A stretch of 64,000 nt of DNA from Patescibacteria group bacterium (GTDB lineage: Bacteria; Patescibacteriota; Patescibacteriia; PEXW01): the NCBI GenBank assembly GCA_038065235.1, contig JBBTRK010000016.1, forward strand, positions 11,308 through 75,307, in the 5' to 3' direction. Below are positions 1 to 9,664 of this stretch, piece after piece (within the stretch, counting starts at the first letter, position 1; each line of letters starts with the position of its first letter). Made by a program: the position numbers and the translations under genes. The notes beneath the pieces were generated by a model. It searched no databases and was not told where the DNA came from. It saw only the letters and a program-made list of their open reading frames with translations.

Positions 1-777
1 GCAGTTGCCAGTTGGTGCACGGCACGTATCGTCTGCACGGCGAAGCTTAGTGATCCCTGTGGCTCATGTGCGGGGTGTACGAGTGTAAAACGACAGGATG
101 GGCTCATGCTCCTCCAAACTACATTAGGCGAGCGCCCGACGTACGCGGTTGATGACATCCGCGCGATTCGTAGCCATCTTGCCTTACGCGCCGGGCAATC
201 AGGGCGACGCGTTGTCCGAATTGACAACGTAGATCGATGCACGGTCGCAGCGGCGAATGCGCTCCTGAAAATTCTTGAGGAACCGAGTATGGACGTGACG
301 TTCATCTTAACCACTGCATCTTCGGCGCGCGTCCTGCCCACCATCCGCTCCCGAGCAATGCTCTACCGTTTACAACCGGTGCCACGAACAACGATGGAAC
401 GTTCCCTGGCAGCGAGTGGTGTGCCAACTAGTATAATTTCTACTGTAATCGCTGTTGCGCCTGGTCAACTTGGTACTGCCGCAGCACTCGTTGCCTCTCC
501 AGATGCGCTCGCTTCGGCACAGTCTGCAGATGCAACTGCCGAAAAGCTTGTAGCGCAAACGACTACTGGGAGGTTCCGGACGCTCGCCACCTACCTCGAG
601 GGGAAGCAAGAGGCAGGGGTTCAGCGGCAACAGGTGCGTTCACTGTTTGCGGCATTCGCTCGACGCGCGGCAACCGACCAGTGGGTTCAACAACGTCTCG
701 GGCGTCTCCTCACCGGACTTATAGATCTACAGAGCAATAGTCAACCTCGTCTACTCCTCGAAGCTTTCGTTACCTAG
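1..777 (+). CDS. holB: DNA polymerase III delta' subunit (5'-truncated by window edge)
   Basis: Frame is open from base 1 (CTAKLSDPCGSCAGC zinc module upstream of the ATG at 106); contains AANALLKILEEP and LPTIRSR clamp-loader motifs. Confidence 0.9.
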   Translation, partial: AVASWCTARIVCTAKLSDPCGSCAGCTSVKRQDGLMLLQTTLGERPTYAVDDIRAIRSHLALRAGQSGRRVVRIDNVDRCTVAAANALLKILEEPSMDVTFILTTASSARVLPTIRSRAMLYRLQPVPRTTMERSLAASGVPTSIISTVIAVAPGQLGTAAALVASPDALASAQSADATAEKLVAQTTTGRFRTLATYLEGKQEAGVQRQQVRSLFAAFARRAATDQWVQQRLGRLLTGLIDLQSNSQPRLLLEAFVT

Positions 778-784
778 CAACACC

Positions 785-1843
785 ATGAAGAAACTTCTCC
801 TCGCAATTCTTGCTCCGCTCGCACTCACTGGATGTGCCATCCAGTTCAATACGGGAAGTTCTGCACCCGCGAAAAGCGATGGTGGGGTTTTCGTGTCGCT
901 TGATCGGGGCGTCTCGTGGGAGCAGAAAGTATTCATTCGTCAAGAAGAGAAAGGCCCGGTTACCATTGGGCATGCGAACATTGGGCACTTCTACTTGCAC
1001 CCAACCGATACGGGCATTCTCTACGTGAGTACGCTCGAGAACGGTATTTGGAAGACAGATAGTAATGGTGATTCCTGGACGCAAACGCCGTTGAAAACCG
1101 GTTACGTACAAGGGTTCGATATTGATCCGCGTACCCCCGAGACCATGTACGCAGGCGTTGGTAATACTGTGCAGAAGAGTATTGATACTGGGGCAACGTG
1201 GCAGGTAATGTATACGAACCAACCCGGCAGCACCATCGTGAGTGTTCGGGTTGACCCAATGAATACAAAAGTGGTACTCGCGGTTACCGCCAGTGGCGTG
1301 CTGCTGAAGAGCGACGACCAAGCCGTGACGTGGCGCATTGCGTATCAATTCCCGCAGCTGGCATTTGGGCAGCTCATGTATTTGAAGAATGACTCACGGA
1401 TAATGTATCTGACGCACAGCACCGGCGTATTCCGTTCTACCGACGGGGGAGTGACGTGGACAGATAGTATAAGCCAAGCGCTGGCGAAAGCAGCAGTAGG
1501 GAACATGAATGATTTCACCTTCACCGCACGTACTCCATCAGTTATGTACGTGGCCGGAACGAGTGGCCTCTTCCGCTCTCAGGATGGCGGTGCGACGTGG
1601 CAGGTTGTCCCAACGGTCATTCCACCGAACACTGTGTCCATCTTGTCCGTCGCAATAAACCCATTCGATGAGAATCAGATCTACTTCACGGCGAATTCTA
1701 CATTCTACAAATCTGATGACTTTGGAAAGACCTGGCAGACGCTCAATAACGTCCCATCGACACGCCAGTACACGAAGCTCTTTGCCAATCCCGGCCGGCC
1801 TGGTTTGCTTCTCCTCGGTACATTCTACGTAAAGAAGAAGTAA
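785..1843 (+). CDS. Lipoprotein with BNR/Asp-box beta-propeller (Ycf48/VPS10/glycosyl-hydrolase-like)
   Basis: Lipobox LALTGC; seven S/T-x-D-x-G-x-T/S-W repeats (SLDRGVSW, KTDSNGDSW, SIDTGATW, SDDQAVTW, STDGGVTW, SQDGGATW, SDDFGKTW). Confidence 0.8.
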   Translation: MKKLLLAILAPLALTGCAIQFNTGSSAPAKSDGGVFVSLDRGVSWEQKVFIRQEEKGPVTIGHANIGHFYLHPTDTGILYVSTLENGIWKTDSNGDSWTQTPLKTGYVQGFDIDPRTPETMYAGVGNTVQKSIDTGATWQVMYTNQPGSTIVSVRVDPMNTKVVLAVTASGVLLKSDDQAVTWRIAYQFPQLAFGQLMYLKNDSRIMYLTHSTGVFRSTDGGVTWTDSISQALAKAAVGNMNDFTFTARTPSVMYVAGTSGLFRSQDGGATWQVVPTVIPPNTVSILSVAINPFDENQIYFTANSTFYKSDDFGKTWQTLNNVPSTRQYTKLFANPGRPGLLLLGTFYVKKK

Positions 1844-1848
1844 CCGTT

Positions 1849-2400
1849 ATGGCAATTGCAGAATCTAGACGCGGAGATTTTGAGAAGACACTTAATCACC
1901 TGCAGCAAGAGCTTGCCAGTGTTCGAACTGGTCGAGCCAACCCTGCCATGGTTGAGTCGATTGTTGTCGATGCGTACGGCACGCCAACACCGTTGCTGCA
2001 ACTCGCCAGCATTACCACGCCAGAGTCAACACAGCTACTCATTCAACCCTGGGATCCGAACATTGTGAAGAGCATTGAGAAGGCGCTGCAAGCGTCGGCG
2101 CTCGGCATAATGCCAACCGTGGAGGGGCTCGTCATTCGGCTGCACTTTCCGCCACTCACCGAAGACCGCCGAAAAGAGCTCGTCCGAGTCGTGCGGGAAA
2201 AAATTGAGATGGCGAAGGTTTCCATTCGAGGGATTCGCGAAGACATTCACAAACAGGTGAAGCTCGCGGAGCGCGACGGTGCACTCTCAGAAGACCAAGC
2301 AGCCTTAGAATCGAAAACGCTCCAATCAGTTGTAGAGGAATTTACCGAGCGCATTGTCACGTTCGGTGCCGGCAAGGAGAAAGAAGTCACCACAATTTAA
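1849..2400 (+). CDS. frr: Ribosome recycling factor
   Basis: VRTGRANP, LLIQPWD and PPLTEDRRKEL motifs. Confidence 0.97.
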   Translation: MAIAESRRGDFEKTLNHLQQELASVRTGRANPAMVESIVVDAYGTPTPLLQLASITTPESTQLLIQPWDPNIVKSIEKALQASALGIMPTVEGLVIRLHFPPLTEDRRKELVRVVREKIEMAKVSIRGIREDIHKQVKLAERDGALSEDQAALESKTLQSVVEEFTERIVTFGAGKEKEVTTI

Positions 2401-2403
2401 CGA

Positions 2404-3504
2404 ATGCAAACCCTCATCACCTTCATCATCGTCCTTGGTCTTTTAGTGTTCGTCCATGAACTCGGGCACTTCGTTATGGCCAGGATTCTGGGCGTCCGCG
2501 TGAAAGAATTTGGCTTCGGCTTCCCACCCCGATTGTGGGGAATGAAGCGAGGCGGTACAACCTACAGCATCAACTGGATCCCACTTGGGGGTTTCGTTCG
2601 GCTGCACGGGGAAGATGGCGAAGAGCACGATCCAGGAAGTTTCGTCGCGCAGCACGCGTGGAAAAGGTTTCTCATTCTCATTGCAGGTGTCAGCATGAAC
2701 GTCGTCTTGGCTGCCGCAGTCTTTGCCATTGGGTTCGCCACTGGTTTGCCAACGGATATGAGTGCTGGGACCCCAGCTGGGGGGCGAGTTCGCGATGTGC
2801 AAGTCCAAATAATTGATGTTGCCAAAGACTCTGCTGCATCGACAATTCAGTTACTCCCGGGTGATAGTTTGCTCGAGCTTAATGGGCAAACGGTAACTTC
2901 AGTGGAAGATGCCCAACGCATTGCCCGTGATGCCGGGATCGCGAATGTGAGCATTACATTCCGTCGAAGTGGGAAGGTTGTACAGCGAACCGTGCTGTTG
3001 GCAAAAATTCCCGATTCAGACCGTACTGGGTTAGGGGTAAGCCTGGTCAAAGTTGGCACGGTTTCGTACCCGGTGTTCCAAGCTGTATGGGAAGGTACAC
3101 GCGCTGCCGGCAGTGCATTGTGGGCAATCGTGCAAGCATTCGGTCAGCTCCTGGGGAACCTAGTGCGTACCGGCAGTGCGGGGACAGAGGTGGCTGGCCC
3201 TATTGGTATCGCGGTTCTCACTGGTCAGGTATCCCGCTTAGGGTTTGCTTACCTCTTGCAATTCGTTGCCCTACTCTCGCTCAATCTTGCCGTCATAAAC
3301 ATCCTCCCCATCCCGGCACTCGATGGTGGCCGAGTTCTATTCTTGCTTCTCGAGAAGTTGCGTGGTAAACCCATGAGCCGGATCATTGAAGCGAAAATTC
3401 ATAATACCGGGTTTGCCATTCTCATCGCGCTGGTCACGCTTATTACTTTTCGCGATGTGCTTAAACTCGATGCTTTTCAGTCTCTTTGGAACCGCTTCTT
3501 CTAA
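2404..3504 (+). CDS. rseP: RIP metalloprotease RseP (M50 family) with PDZ domain
   Basis: HELGH zinc motif, IPLGGFVRL, NILPIPALDGG. Confidence 0.95.
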   Translation: MQTLITFIIVLGLLVFVHELGHFVMARILGVRVKEFGFGFPPRLWGMKRGGTTYSINWIPLGGFVRLHGEDGEEHDPGSFVAQHAWKRFLILIAGVSMNVVLAAAVFAIGFATGLPTDMSAGTPAGGRVRDVQVQIIDVAKDSAASTIQLLPGDSLLELNGQTVTSVEDAQRIARDAGIANVSITFRRSGKVVQRTVLLAKIPDSDRTGLGVSLVKVGTVSYPVFQAVWEGTRAAGSALWAIVQAFGQLLGNLVRTGSAGTEVAGPIGIAVLTGQVSRLGFAYLLQFVALLSLNLAVINILPIPALDGGRVLFLLLEKLRGKPMSRIIEAKIHNTGFAILIALVTLITFRDVLKLDAFQSLWNRFF

Positions 3505-3510
3505 CCCACT

Positions 3511-4734
3511 ATGCTCCAACGGAATCTTTTTATCCCGACCCAAGCGAAACCTCCAGCCGTTGAAGTTTCGAAGAACGGCAAGCTCTTGCAGCAAGCCGGA
3601 TTTGTAGATAAATTACATGCCGGCGTTTATTCCTGGTTGCCTTTGGGTTTGCGTGTGCTAAATAATATCGCCGCGGTTATTCGGGAAGAGCACAATGCCT
3701 ATGGGGCGAGTGAAGTGCTTATGCCAGCTTTGCAACCGAAAGTGCTCTGGGATGAAACTGGTCGGTGGGAGTCACTTAAAGAAGTAATGTACCAGTGGCA
3801 GGATGACGAGAAACACGTCGGCCTTGCCTCGACGCACGAGGAAGTAATAGTTGATTTAGTTCGTCGCTCGCAGCCGACCTACCACGACCTGCCGAAAGGC
3901 CTGTACCAAATCCAGTGGAAGTTCCGTAACGAACCCCGAGCGAAGTCTGGTGTCATGCGTGGTCGTGAGTTCCTTATGAAAGACCTATACAGTTTCCACG
4001 CCACTGCCGCTGACTTAGATTCGTACTACGCTGGCGTGCATAAGGTGTATCAGAAAATTTTTACCCGACTTGGGTTAGTAGCGCACATCACAGAAGCATC
4101 AGGCGGAACGTTCACAAAAAGAAATAGCCATGAGTTTCAAGTGTTAAGCGATGCCGGTGAAGACCGGGTATTGGTGTGTTCAGAATGTGATTACGCCCAG
4201 AATGCTGAACTTGGCACACCCGAAACCTGCCCGAAATGTGGGAAGCCTGCCGCTATCCAGAAGAGCATAGAGGCTGGTAATACTTTCAACTTTGGCGATT
4301 ACTATGGTAAGACCATGAGTTGTACCTACGCGGATGATAAGGGCAAGCGGCAACCATTGTTTGTGGCCAGTTATGGAATTGGGGTTTCACGCTTGGTTGG
4401 CACTATTGCCGAAGTGTTTAGCGATGATAAGGGTTTAGTCTGGCCCACCGCGATTGCCCCATTCAAGGCGCACGTCCTTACCATTGGGAAGCTCGACGAT
4501 ACGTTGCGTCAGCAAGCCTTGCACTTCGAGCACACACTCCCCGAGGAAGTACTCCTCGATGACCGAGATTTGAGCCCTGGCCATAAGTTCACCGATGCCG
4601 ACCTCATTGGTTTGCCGTACCGCATTGTGGTCAGCACGCGTCAAGGGCAGAACGTCGAAGTGACGACGCGAGCAACGGGGGAGCAGCAGATTCTGACCCC
4701 GAGCGCGGCACTGAAATTAATTCAGACTGTATGA
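3511..4734 (+). CDS. proS: Proline--tRNA ligase (short form without INS editing domain)
   Basis: KFRNEPRAKSGVMRGREFLMKDLYSF, YGIGVSRL, C-terminal anticodon-binding domain. Confidence 0.96.
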   Translation: MLQRNLFIPTQAKPPAVEVSKNGKLLQQAGFVDKLHAGVYSWLPLGLRVLNNIAAVIREEHNAYGASEVLMPALQPKVLWDETGRWESLKEVMYQWQDDEKHVGLASTHEEVIVDLVRRSQPTYHDLPKGLYQIQWKFRNEPRAKSGVMRGREFLMKDLYSFHATAADLDSYYAGVHKVYQKIFTRLGLVAHITEASGGTFTKRNSHEFQVLSDAGEDRVLVCSECDYAQNAELGTPETCPKCGKPAAIQKSIEAGNTFNFGDYYGKTMSCTYADDKGKRQPLFVASYGIGVSRLVGTIAEVFSDDKGLVWPTAIAPFKAHVLTIGKLDDTLRQQALHFEHTLPEEVLLDDRDLSPGHKFTDADLIGLPYRIVVSTRQGQNVEVTTRATGEQQILTPSAALKLIQTV

Positions 4735-5795
4735 TATTCGATAGACTCCTTGGAAAATTCTCACGCGACCTCGGAATAGACCTCGGCACATCGAGTACCC
4801 TGGTGTACGTGAAGGGGAAGGGGATTATGATTAATGAACCCTCCGTCGTTGCGGTGAACACTCGCACCGAGCAAATTCTTGCCGTGGGTTCTGAAGCTCG
4901 GAAGATGGTTGGGAAAACGCCGTCGCACATCATCGCCGCGAAACCAATGGTTGACGGGGTTATTTCGGACTTCGAAGTGACCGAGAAAATGCTTCGCTAC
5001 TTTGTCGATAAGGTTCACCGCGAAGGGTTTACCCTCATTCCCCGTCCACGAGTGGTAATTGGTATTCCCCTCGGCGTAACCGAAGTCGAACGGAAAGCCG
5101 TGGAGGATGCAACGCTTCACGCTGGGGCGCGAGAGGTCTACCTCATCGAACAGCCAATGGCGGCAGCGATCGGGGCGCGGCTTCCAATCCAGGATGCTGC
5201 CGGCAACCTCGTCGTTGATATAGGTGGCGGGACAACAGATATTGCGGTTATTTCTTTGGGTGGGGTTGTGACCTGGCGGAGCTTACGAACTGCTGGGAAC
5301 GCTTTCGATGCGAGCATTATGCAGTACGCGCGCGAGCACTTTAACCTCCTCATCGGTGAGCGGACAGCAGAAGAGACGAAGCTGAGCATTGGCAGCGCGA
5401 CCGATGAATTCGATACGCTCGATACGAAAGTCCGCGGCCGTGATCTCATTTCTGGCCTGCCGAAAGAAGTCACCATGACCGGTCAACACGTACGTGAAGC
5501 GTTAAGTCACACCCTGAGTATCCTCATTGAAAACATAGGGAGCGTCGTTGAGAGCACCCCCCCAGAGCTCGTGGCTGATATTCATCAACGGGGCATCCTC
5601 CTCACAGGCGGTGGGGCACTTCTTCGCGGTTTGCCAGATCTTATCCAGCGAGAAACGAAAATTATTGTTCACGTCGCGGATGATCCGCTAACAGCCGTCG
5701 TCCGCGGAACTGGTATTGTTTTAGAAGATCTTGAAAACCTTCGACATATGCTCGTGCTCTCTACTGACAGCTCAAGCCCAGGAACCAAACGCTAG
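4731..5795 (+). CDS. mreB: Rod shape-determining actin MreB
   Basis: DLGIDLGT, INEPSVVA, VVDIGGGTTD, LTGGGALL. Confidence 0.97.
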   Translation: MIFDRLLGKFSRDLGIDLGTSSTLVYVKGKGIMINEPSVVAVNTRTEQILAVGSEARKMVGKTPSHIIAAKPMVDGVISDFEVTEKMLRYFVDKVHREGFTLIPRPRVVIGIPLGVTEVERKAVEDATLHAGAREVYLIEQPMAAAIGARLPIQDAAGNLVVDIGGGTTDIAVISLGGVVTWRSLRTAGNAFDASIMQYAREHFNLLIGERTAEETKLSIGSATDEFDTLDTKVRGRDLISGLPKEVTMTGQHVREALSHTLSILIENIGSVVESTPPELVADIHQRGILLTGGGALLRGLPDLIQRETKIIVHVADDPLTAVVRGTGIVLEDLENLRHMLVLSTDSSSPGTKR

Positions 5796-5798
5796 CGT

Positions 5799-6602
5799 AT
5801 GGCATCTTCCTGGCGCCGACTCTCTTCTGTCGGTTTGGTTATTACCACCGTACTACTCCTCGGTATCCTCCTCACAGTTGGCTTCCTTGGGCCTGTGCAA
5901 CGTGTTCTCGCACCTGTTCTCCACCCAATTGGTCGTGTTTCGTACACGCTCGTCGATCGCATCGCGACATTCTTTCGGCACCGCACATCTTTGGCTGAGA
6001 GTAAACGTGAGAATACTGACCTCAAAGCTCGCCTCATTCAAGCGGAGCTTGACCGTGCTTCACTCAATCAACAACTCGCTGAACTTAAAATTGTGCGGGA
6101 AGAAGCTGATTTTCTCAAACGTCGGTCACTGCAGGGCGCAACTGGGAGGGTTATTGGTCGGTCACAGACCAACTCTCAGGCGCTCCTCATTGATATTGGC
6201 ACGCAGCAAGGAGTCCACGTCGGTGCTCCGGTGCTGGCGAGTGGAGGTGTACTTATTGGTACGATTATCGACGCCAGCGAGGTAACGAGCAATATCCGGC
6301 TCTTGACGGCTGAAGGGACGAATATAGCGGTACGTGTCGAGAAGCAAGACGGCCCGTCAGGTATTCTCGTCGGGGAGCGAGGTGTAGGAACTCGGCTGAC
6401 GTTGGTTCCGCGCAGTGATTCATTGCAACCTAAACAATCAGTGGTAACCGCTGATATTAATCCCCAAGTCCCAAGTGGTTTGCTTGTTGGAACAATTTCA
6501 GTCATTGATGTTGCCCCTGGGGCGCTCTTCCAAACGGCGACGGTTATACCATCAATTCCTTATGAACGTCTCAATGTCGTCACTGTGCTCCGTCGTACGT
6601 GA
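5799..6602 (+). CDS. mreC: Rod shape-determining protein MreC
   Basis: N-terminal TM helix, coiled coil, beta domain (IDIGTQQGV, PSGLLVGTI); follows mreB. Confidence 0.9.
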   Translation: MASSWRRLSSVGLVITTVLLLGILLTVGFLGPVQRVLAPVLHPIGRVSYTLVDRIATFFRHRTSLAESKRENTDLKARLIQAELDRASLNQQLAELKIVREEADFLKRRSLQGATGRVIGRSQTNSQALLIDIGTQQGVHVGAPVLASGGVLIGTIIDASEVTSNIRLLTAEGTNIAVRVEKQDGPSGILVGERGVGTRLTLVPRSDSLQPKQSVVTADINPQVPSGLLVGTISVIDVAPGALFQTATVIPSIPYERLNVVTVLRRT

Positions 6603-7120
6603 TCTACATACGATCAATTCTACTCATCCTCCTTGCCTTTGCTCTGCACCTTGGGTGTACGGCGCTCGTGCAGGTTGGTTGGCCGCCGCAGCCACTTGTT
6701 TTGCTCACGGTGCTCACCGTTTGGCTTGATCGAACATCAGTTATCACCCGAACGCTTGTTCCCACTGCGCTCCTGGTCGATATACTCCAACCCACGCACG
6801 TTCCACTCGTTACCCTTGCGGTACTCGTTACATGGTTCGTTGCTGCTCTTGTCCAGCGCCAATGGCTTACGAACCATTCACTCGTATCGTTACTGGGTTT
6901 GACTATACTCAGCGTTACTGCGGTTACTATTGTCACTTCTGCTAGCTTGTGGATTGGAGCGAGCCTGGGAGGAAATGCAACCTCGTTGCGTGCTGTTTGG
7001 TCATCTTCGGATGTTCTGCAACGTATGGGCATTGAGGTTGCGATCACACTCATCATGGGTATCTTGCTTCGAAGCTCGGTACGGTTCTTCCGCAGTCGTT
7101 TCCTCTATGCCCCACGGTAA
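6599..7120 (+). CDS. mreD: Polytopic membrane protein, probable divergent MreD
   Basis: About 5 hydrophobic helices; lies between mreC and mrdA with overlapping stop/start. Confidence 0.6.
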   Translation: MIYIRSILLILLAFALHLGCTALVQVGWPPQPLVLLTVLTVWLDRTSVITRTLVPTALLVDILQPTHVPLVTLAVLVTWFVAALVQRQWLTNHSLVSLLGLTILSVTAVTIVTSASLWIGASLGGNATSLRAVWSSSDVLQRMGIEVAITLIMGILLRSSVRFFRSRFLYAPR

Positions 7121-9056
7121 CCCATTCGACGTTGTCCCTGTTGCAGGCCTTGGGCGCTCGAAGGTCATCCGACGTTTTCGGAGTTTTGAGTTCAGCGATG
7201 CAACCCTCGATGCCACGGAAACCGATAGTCCAACACTGAAGCACCAAGTACAGCCAAACCGACTGCGCGCGCTCATGATTTTATTCTCCGTGATCGTTAC
7301 CATACTTCTTGGCCGTGGAGCTTGGCTGCAAGTTTTCAATGGTGGGTCCATGCGCGACGCGGCTGAAGAAAATCGCACCCGACTCTACACCACGCCTGCT
7401 CCGCGGGGCATCATCTACGATCGCAACCATACTGCACTCGTCGAAAATGTCGCCGAGTTCACACTTGGTATCATCCCTGGTGATTTACCGAAAGACCAAC
7501 AGGAACGAACACGAGTCATTCAGAAAATTTCTGAAGTTGCAAAAATCCCTCTCGATACTTTGCTGCTAATAGCAGGAAAAAAATCTTCAAGTACTGAATT
7601 GAGTATTCTGCAGGAGCATGTGCCATACCATGATGCGCTTGCCCTCCGTGTTCGTTTACAGGATGAGCCTGCAGTACAAGTGAAAGCCTCACCTCGGCGT
7701 CACTACCTTACTGACCAATCGTTGAGCCCAGTGTTGGGATATACGGGGAAATTTACTGACCAAGAGTGGCAGAAACTTCTCGAAGAACTACAAACCGAGT
7801 ACCGCTTCATCGACGTCATTGGAAAAACCGGTTTAGAAGCAACTTATGAAGCGCAGCTGCGCGGGACGAGTGAGAAATCGGCAGTGGAAGTAAATGCTCA
7901 ACGCCGTGAGCAGAAGGTTATTACGTCTGAACCTGCAATTCCTGGGCAAAACCTTTTGACGACGATTGATGCTGGTTTGCAAACAGCATTGGGTACTGCG
8001 CTAACTGCAGCATTGAAAAGTTACCATTCTACAGGCGGTGCTGCCGTTGCCATAGATCCTCGGACTGGTGGAATACTTGCCATGGTGAGTATGCCGACGT
8101 ACAACAGTAATGATTTCGTCACAGGTCTTTCAACAGATGCGTACCGTGCGCTCACTTCGGATGTGCGTCGCCCACTCTTCTTCCGCGCCATAGCTGGCGA
8201 ATATCCCTCCGGCTCAACCATTAAACCCGTCATCGCCAGCGCTGCGCTTGATCAAGGAGTCATTACACCTCAGACGACAGTCATGAGTACTGGCGGCATA
8301 AAGATTGATAAGTGGTTTTTTCCAGATTGGAAAGCTGGTGGCCACGGCGTGACGAATGTCACTAAAGCTATTGCCGAATCGGTTAATACATTTTTCTACA
8401 CCATTGGCGGTGGCACAGACTCATTCACAGGGTTGGGAATTGATCGAATGACGCAGTACGCTCGTGCATTCGGCTTCGGTGCTCCAACGGGCGTCGATAT
8501 CCCCGGTGAACGCGGGGGCTTCCTCCCGAGTAAAGCGTGGAAAGAGCAAGTTAAAGGTGAACCATGGTACATCGGTGATACATACCATTTCGCCATCGGT
8601 CAGGGTGACCTCTTGGTAACACCCTTACAAATGGCGCTTTCTACAGCGACGATTGCCAATGGCGGGACGCTCTACAAGCCACACTTCGTACAAGCATTCG
8701 AAGGGAACAACCAAGATATTCGACAGGTATCACCAACCGCACTTCGGTCACCCGTCGAACATCCCGATGCAATTGCGACTGTCCGCCTTGGCATGCGCCA
8801 GGCCGTAACCAGCGGAAGCGCGCGAGCCCTGCAATCTCTTGGAACCCCTACGGCTGGGAAAACCGGCACAGCTCAATATGGAACCGAGAATAAAACACAT
8901 GCGTGGTTCATTGGTTTTGCTCCGTATGAGAATCCCACTATTGCCATTGCAGTTCTCGTTGAAGGTGGGGGAGAGGGGGGCGTCGCGGCTCTTCCAATTG
9001 CCAAAATTGGCATGCAGTACTGGTTAGAGCACAGTAAAACCCCTACAAAACCGTAA
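7107..9056 (+). CDS. mrdA: Penicillin-binding protein 2 (class B)
   Basis: APRGIIYDRN, PSGSTIKP (SxxK), ESVNTFFY (SxN), AGKTGTAQ; start taken at ATG 7107 rather than the upstream in-frame codon at 6930. Confidence 0.95.
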   Translation: MPHGNPFDVVPVAGLGRSKVIRRFRSFEFSDATLDATETDSPTLKHQVQPNRLRALMILFSVIVTILLGRGAWLQVFNGGSMRDAAEENRTRLYTTPAPRGIIYDRNHTALVENVAEFTLGIIPGDLPKDQQERTRVIQKISEVAKIPLDTLLLIAGKKSSSTELSILQEHVPYHDALALRVRLQDEPAVQVKASPRRHYLTDQSLSPVLGYTGKFTDQEWQKLLEELQTEYRFIDVIGKTGLEATYEAQLRGTSEKSAVEVNAQRREQKVITSEPAIPGQNLLTTIDAGLQTALGTALTAALKSYHSTGGAAVAIDPRTGGILAMVSMPTYNSNDFVTGLSTDAYRALTSDVRRPLFFRAIAGEYPSGSTIKPVIASAALDQGVITPQTTVMSTGGIKIDKWFFPDWKAGGHGVTNVTKAIAESVNTFFYTIGGGTDSFTGLGIDRMTQYARAFGFGAPTGVDIPGERGGFLPSKAWKEQVKGEPWYIGDTYHFAIGQGDLLVTPLQMALSTATIANGGTLYKPHFVQAFEGNNQDIRQVSPTALRSPVEHPDAIATVRLGMRQAVTSGSARALQSLGTPTAGKTGTAQYGTENKTHAWFIGFAPYENPTIAIAVLVEGGGEGGVAALPIAKIGMQYWLEHSKTPTKP

Positions 9057-9068
9057 TTTTGTTGAGGG

Positions 9069-9097
9069 TTGACACATTTGCGCGTAGTGCGTATTCT
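9069..9097 (+). promoter_or_regulatory. sigma70 promoter of greA
   Basis: TTGACA-17 nt-TATTCT. Confidence 0.7.
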
Positions 9098-9131
9098 TTC
9101 AACCACGTTTCGCTATTTTTTTGTTGTGCTT

Positions 9132-9590
9132 ATGTCTACGAAGCAATTTGTGACCGCTGAAGGGTTAGAGAAGTTAACTGCAGAGCTCCACCGGCTCAAG
9201 ACAGAGAAGCGCAAAGAACTTGCGAACCGGATTCAAGATGCAAAAGAACTCGGCGACTTGTCGGAGAATGCTGAGTACCAAGAAGCGAAGAATGAGCAGT
9301 CTTTCGTAGAAGGACGGATTGCAGAAATTGAAGATATCTTAAAGAACGTTGAAATAATTACTCATACAAATTCTGGGATAGTCCAAATTGGATCAATGCT
9401 TACAGTCAAGATTCTTGGGGTCGAGCAAACCTTTACCATTGTTGGTTCAAATGAAGCGAATCCACCTGGGGGTCGCATTTCGAATGCATCACCCTTTGGG
9501 CAGGCGTTCCTGGGACGTAAAGTTGATGATGTCGTGAAGGTAAAAACTCCTCGGGGAGACGTTGAGGCAACGATAAAAGACATTCGCTAG
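9132..9590 (+). CDS. greA: Transcription elongation factor GreA
   Basis: GDLSENAEYQEAK, ISNASPFGQAFLG; start at ATG 9132. Confidence 0.97.
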   Translation: MSTKQFVTAEGLEKLTAELHRLKTEKRKELANRIQDAKELGDLSENAEYQEAKNEQSFVEGRIAEIEDILKNVEIITHTNSGIVQIGSMLTVKILGVEQTFTIVGSNEANPPGGRISNASPFGQAFLGRKVDDVVKVKTPRGDVEATIKDIR

Positions 9591-9630
9591 TACCATATAT
9601 AGCACGCTATAGATGGGCTAGTTTTTGGTT
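9588..9630 (+). terminator. Possible intrinsic terminator after greA
   Basis: Imperfect hairpin tagtaccatatatagc-ac-gctatagatgggcta followed by gtttttggtt. Confidence 0.45.
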
Positions 9631-9664
9631 TGCTGAAAGTACGAGAAAATGCTACAACATCACC

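Noticed and set aside
6930-7106. Upstream extension of mrdA in the ORF track (likewise extensions of gltX, tagA-like, def, hpf, mraY and the VirD4-like gene)
   Set aside because: The extensions overlap neighbouring genes or promoters; downstream ATGs fit family N-termini and promoter spacing better.
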